The notes beneath the pieces were generated by a model. The model had not been told where the DNA came from, did not search any database, and saw only the letters and a list, made by a program, of their open reading frames with translations. A DNA stretch of 50,451 nt, taken from Octopus bimaculoides (lineage: Eukaryota). How positions within the stretch are numbered: the stretch's first letter is position 1; every line of letters starts with the position of its first letter. Of the stretch, positions 45,850-50,451 are shown in pieces. The stretch is taken from NCBI RefSeq assembly GCF_001194135.2, contig NC_068987.1, positions 37,894,128 through 37,944,578 on the forward strand. The letters are read 5' to 3'. A program made the position numbers and the translations under genes.

Positions 45850-47345
45850 ACTAGGACTCGAGAAGGCAATGTCAGCGTACGCGGACGATGTCACAGTTAT
45901 AGTATCGAACGCCTCCGAAGTGGAGACGGTCGGCACCACTCTAGATGAATATGAGTCGGTTGCAGGGACCAAAATCAACGTTGACATATCCGTGGGCTTG
46001 CGGCTGGAGTTCAGTCGGACGCTGAACTTTTAGACCAGCTAAACTGCGCGAGGTCTGGTTTGGTCCCGACCTCCAAGTGGACAAGAACTGAGACGTGTTA
46101 ACGAATAGTCTGGCCAGTTTTATTCAGAAACAGGCAGGGTGGAATCTGTCCCTGAAAAGTCGGGCAGAGGTGGCGAATGCTTACCTCACCTCTATCCTCA
46201 TTTATCAGTTGACCGTCGTGTCCTGCTTCGGTTACTGCGTGACGAAACTGGAGCGTCTCTTATTTATTTTCTTATGGAAGAGACACATTCCAGTGGTTAG
46301 GTGGTCAGATTGATGTCAGTACTCTCTGCATGGTGGCTTCTGATGCGCGGGTACACGCTCAGGTTGCACCATCTGCAATGATTTTTAGACGGTGAACGTG
46401 GGTCAGTTCCGTTTGTGAGGCACATCTTTTTGCAGCTCGTCTTCTTGAGGGGGCGGCAGTCCTGAATAAAGAAAAGACCGAGACTGGGCGTCTGGCACCA
46501 AGAATGTCGTCAAACACTCACAGCTCTCTGCCAGTTGGGTAACAGGATCGGTGGATGTTCCACTTTAGCAATATAGTATATACAGGATTAGTGATGGGTA
46601 AGTGCAACGACTGACCGATGACTTACCCTCAATCCACGTTTGGCAAGACTGGAGCGTCTACTTTTCCGCTTCATGTGAAAAGGATACGTTCTATTGGTCT
46701 GGTGCTCCGTGTGTTGCTAGCGCCCTCTGGAAGGCGGGTTTGGTATGCTGTGACTGTTAATGTATAGACATGTGCTGAGGCTACACCTTCTACAGATTTT
46801 GCTGGACGATGAGCCGGTGTGGTCACCGTTTGCAACACATTTTTCTGCAACTCATCTCTTTGATGGAGCTGTAATCATGAGTTAAGAAAAGACCAAGATT
46901 GGTCGCCTGGCTCCTGCAATGTCGTCAGCGCTCACTAAGCTCTACCAGTCGAGCAATGCGGTCGGTGAAATTTCTACGTAGGAGGTAAGAGAGATGACGT
47001 TCTCTCGGAAAGTTTGAGTGTTGCCGAGAACGAACGAGCTAGTCTATTTCAGAGGAATTATGGTTCTGGAACTACCATGGATAACTTCAAGAAATATCTG
47101 ACCTGGCAATGCTACCGAGCATTGATAACTTATATCAAAAATTGCTGCTGTCGTGTGTAGGACGAATCTGACTATCCACCGAGTTCTTCATGAGGATCAT
47201 TCCACCATCCACCTTAAATAAGGCAGGACAGGCGGTGTTCTTCTATCAGGTGGCTATGGTAGAAACAGGTTGTGTGGTGGACGAGGCTGGGCAAAGATAA
47301 CTTCTCTCATCGCCTTTTTCATAATTTCCACTTGCAGAGGAATGT
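45850..47345 (+). mobile_element. Tx1/L1-clade LINE remnant (RT motif 5 to C-terminus)
   Basis: SAYADDVTVIVS...VGTTLDEYESVAGTKIN; WNLSLKSRAEVANAYL.S.L.Y.LTVV.C...KLERLLF.FLWK; GQAVFFYQVAM. Confidence 0.85.
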
Positions 47346-47724
47346 GGGAGTGAAGATGAAAATGCTCTCTCTCTCTCTTTCTCTTTCTCTCTTTCTCTCT
47401 TGGCGAATTTGTAAAAAGATAGGTGACGGTGACAAAAATAACCTACCCCAAGCATGCCCTGTATATTGGAGAGCAACAGATGTGCGAGGGCTCATGCCAT
47501 TTTGGTGGTTAGGGTGATTCTAGATCCATGGGGTTCCTTGAATGACCCTAGTTGGAGAGACTCTTATATCAGAAGGACTGCATCAGTCTTGTATTCATAT
47601 ACATGATCTCATATAACCGAATTTTCTTTCCTTTCTCCTCACCTTTACGTAAACCCCAAAACAGATTGCAAACTGTCCTTATAATGTCCCCTTCATCTCA
47701 TACCAATGTGGCAAAAAAAAGAAA

Positions 47725-47855
47725 TTATTACTACAACTATTATTGTTGTTCTTGTTGCTGCTGCTGCTACTACTACTACTATTACTGCTGCTGCTGTTAC
47801 TACTACTACTATTACTGCTGCTACTGCTGCTTCTATCGTTGTTGTTGTTGATACT
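47725..47855. repeat. compound (TAC)n/(TGC)n/(TGT)n trinucleotide tract
   Basis: Direct reading. Confidence 0.9.
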
Positions 47856-48137
47856 GTTTTGATTTTGTTCTTAAATTTACAATAATGGTTGTAGTCCTTG
47901 ATCTTTAGATTTATCTTATTGCTTTTGTTGTAATAATAATATTATTACTATTAAGATTATTATGTTTATCATTTAGTTCCGGTTATTTCATACATGCTTG
48001 TTTCCTATACGTATTTATTTTTTGTTTTTTTTTCTTACGTTGTCTTACGAATAAACCTCAGCAGGACATTCCAAACATTTTCTGATAGTGACTAGATGGC
48101 GCCACTGTTGGATGCCAAGCTGAGCTGTTTTCAATAC

Positions 48138-48139
<2 letters not shown>

Positions 48140-48190
<51 letters not shown>

Positions 48191-48240
48191 TACATACATA
48201 CATACATACATACATACATACATACATACATACATACATG
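48140..48240. repeat. (CA)n(TACA)n microsatellite
   Basis: Direct reading. Confidence 0.95.
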
Positions 48241-48643
48241 CATATACGTATATAAGTAGATATATTAATATATCTATCTATCAATATACATATATATACA
48301 TATACACGCACTAACATTTATATATATATATAAATTTATTTTTGTCAGTACATATATCGTATATACATAATTTTGCGTAACGCTGTGCATATATGCAAAC
48401 GGATACATATTGTTAGAAATGTTTATATACGTAAGCACTTGCAAATGTGTGTATATGTGTGTGCATGTACGAGTCTTTGTGCTTATATTTCCAGAGACAC
48501 ACAGATCACTTTAACATACATAAGTTTGTATTTTTCCTACTTCTCGTTTTCTCTCTTATACACATTAACAGGATAATACATACATACAGGTACAAACAAA
48601 TTCTGACATTTTTTATAAGCATTAATATGTATATTTGTGTGTG

Positions 48644-48688
<45 letters not shown>

Positions 48689-49109
48689 NNNNNNNNNNNN
48701 NNNNNNNNNNNNNNNNNNNNNNNNNNNNNNNNNNNNNNNNNNNNNNNNNNNNNNNNNNNNNNNNNNNNNNNNNNNNNNNNNNNNNNNNNNNNNNNNNNNN
48801 NNNNNNNNNNNNNNNNNNNNNNNNNNNNNNNNNNNNNNNNNNNNNNNNNNNNNNNNNNNNNNNNNNNNNNNNNNNNNNNNNNNNNNNNNNNNNNNNNNNN
48901 NNNNNNNNNNNNNNNNNNNNNNNNNNNNNNNNNNNNNNNNNNNNNNNNNNNNNNNNNNNNNNNNNNNNNNNNNNNNNNNNNNNNNNNNNNNNNNNNNNNN
49001 NNNNNNATATATATATATATATACACATGTATGTATATACATACATTCACACCCGGATTACAAATGCATGTACAATCACATACATACATACATATAGAAT
49101 AAATGTTGT

Positions 49110-49975
49110 TATATGGTTGTGAAAAGGGGGAAAACTATAAACCAGTCTAGTAACATCTCCATCAATGATTTGACTGTTTCCCCTGTATCTAACGAGGAAT
49201 GTTACAGGTATCTAGAGGTGGATGAAAATATATCTTACAATGGCACCTGTAACAAACACATTTTATTTAAGAATATTTCAGCCGAATAAAGAAAATTTGG
49301 ACCTCAGAACTCTGCATTCAATAAAACAGTGGCCCACAATGTGTTTACAGTGCCAATACTTATACCAACATTTGGATTGGATGCTTGATGAAATTCGAGC
49401 CATTGATGTGAAAACCCGAAAAATACTAACAGCACACATAATTTCCACATAATCAGTGACGTAGACCGCCTCTAGTTAAAACGAAAACAAGGTGACAGAG
49501 GCCTAACATCCAAAATGCCTTTGAATGTCGCATTATATCCCTTCGAGAACATCTTCTAACCACCAAGTGTCGAAGTGCATCCCTTGACCAAGTTTGCATA
49601 ACAGCATAATATCATAACACCATAAGACTTGGAAGGCAGCTCCTTGAGCAATACACTTTGTCTGATAACCTAGAATACATGCTCAAAAAAGTCGCACGAT
49701 TCTACCGCAACGTATCATCAGATGAAAGGATGAGCCTATATGAGCAGAAGACTATGCATGGATATGTTAGAAGAAAGCTCCGAGATGATAGTAACATCGA
49801 TCATCAAAGCAGTTTATCATGGACCAATAGCCGGATTACTACCTCCCACTTTGAAGAGTATGCGTTTGCAATCCAGGAACATGATTTATGTTGCTGTAAT
49901 AGTTAGAACATCAATAAAAGCTTTAATAGGGAGCTACTGAGCACCAGATATGAAGAGATCCATCTACACAACACT
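49110..49975 (+). mobile_element. R4/Dong-type LINE fragment, divergent subfamily (post-RT region)
   Basis: ECYRYLEVDENI, KKIWTSEL, DWMLDEIRAIDVKTRKILT, SDVDRL*LKRKQG.RGL, KTMHGY, FAIQE. Confidence 0.8.
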
Positions 49976-49979
49976 CCCA

Positions 49980-50345
49980 CCGACTTTACAAACATATTCA
50001 TTGCAAGCGCGAAAAGAGAGGCTGAAATGGTACATTCAGTGATAAGGCTTTTTCAATATTTTTCCATTCTGATGTCGTGGAAGCGGCAGAAACTTTTAGA
50101 CTGCAGCAGTTGTAACAGTCAAGAACGAGAACTTGGAACCTGTCTGTGACATGGTGCCGGTTCAGAGCATCTTAACCAATATATGGGCCATGGAACCATA
50201 GGCATTTGCAAGATCAAGCCACAACACTTCTCGATTTCCTTTATTCTCTCGGGCTTTCCTGATTAACTAGGTAGCCACACTTAAGCGTTCCAGCCATCCT
50301 AATCCCTTTGGAATATCTGGTCTCTGAACTGAGGTATCGACCTAT
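49980..50345 (-). mobile_element. HERO-like (R2-group) LINE RT fragment
   Basis: Minus translation across frameshifts: LIRKARENKGNREVLWLDLANAYGSMAH.LV, LNRHHV, TTSEW, TECTISASLFALAMNMFVKS. Confidence 0.75.
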
Positions 50346-50451
50346 CACAAAAATGGCTGGTCGTATATGCATATATGCATATATCCATATATATATATGT
50401 ACAGGTATATATATATATGTACAGGCATATATATATATATATATATATATA

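Noticed and set aside
47552-47851. ORF with poly-Cys/Tyr (or antisense poly-Ser/Asn)
   Set aside because: Translation of a compound trinucleotide microsatellite.

Overview
AT-rich eukaryotic (animal) genomic DNA from a gapped short-read assembly, with 13 N-runs, most flanked by microsatellites. The repeat content, especially the SINE families, resembles Octopus/coleoid cephalopod DNA; this is an inference from recalled repeats, not a database result. No host-gene exon, rRNA, true tRNA or CRISPR array is supportable. The window is a dense graveyard of transposon remnants: Penelope-like elements (PLE; RT and GIY-YIG), R4/Dong-type and HERO-like REL-endonuclease LINEs, RTE, CR1 and Tx1/L1-type LINEs, mariner, Tc1, at least two Helitrons with canonical ends, and three tRNA-derived SINE families. 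Most ORFs in the track are microsatellite or antisense artefacts. Highlights: (i) four type I hammerhead-ribozyme motifs lying downstream of PLE coding remnants, each with a palindromic stem III and an unusually long stem II; (ii) a 13/15-bp higher-order minisatellite inside a Helitron that reads like a frameshifted pentapeptide-repeat gene; (iii) several foldback/inverted structures; (iv) an RT-less Dong derivative and stacking of elements at (AAT)n tracts.
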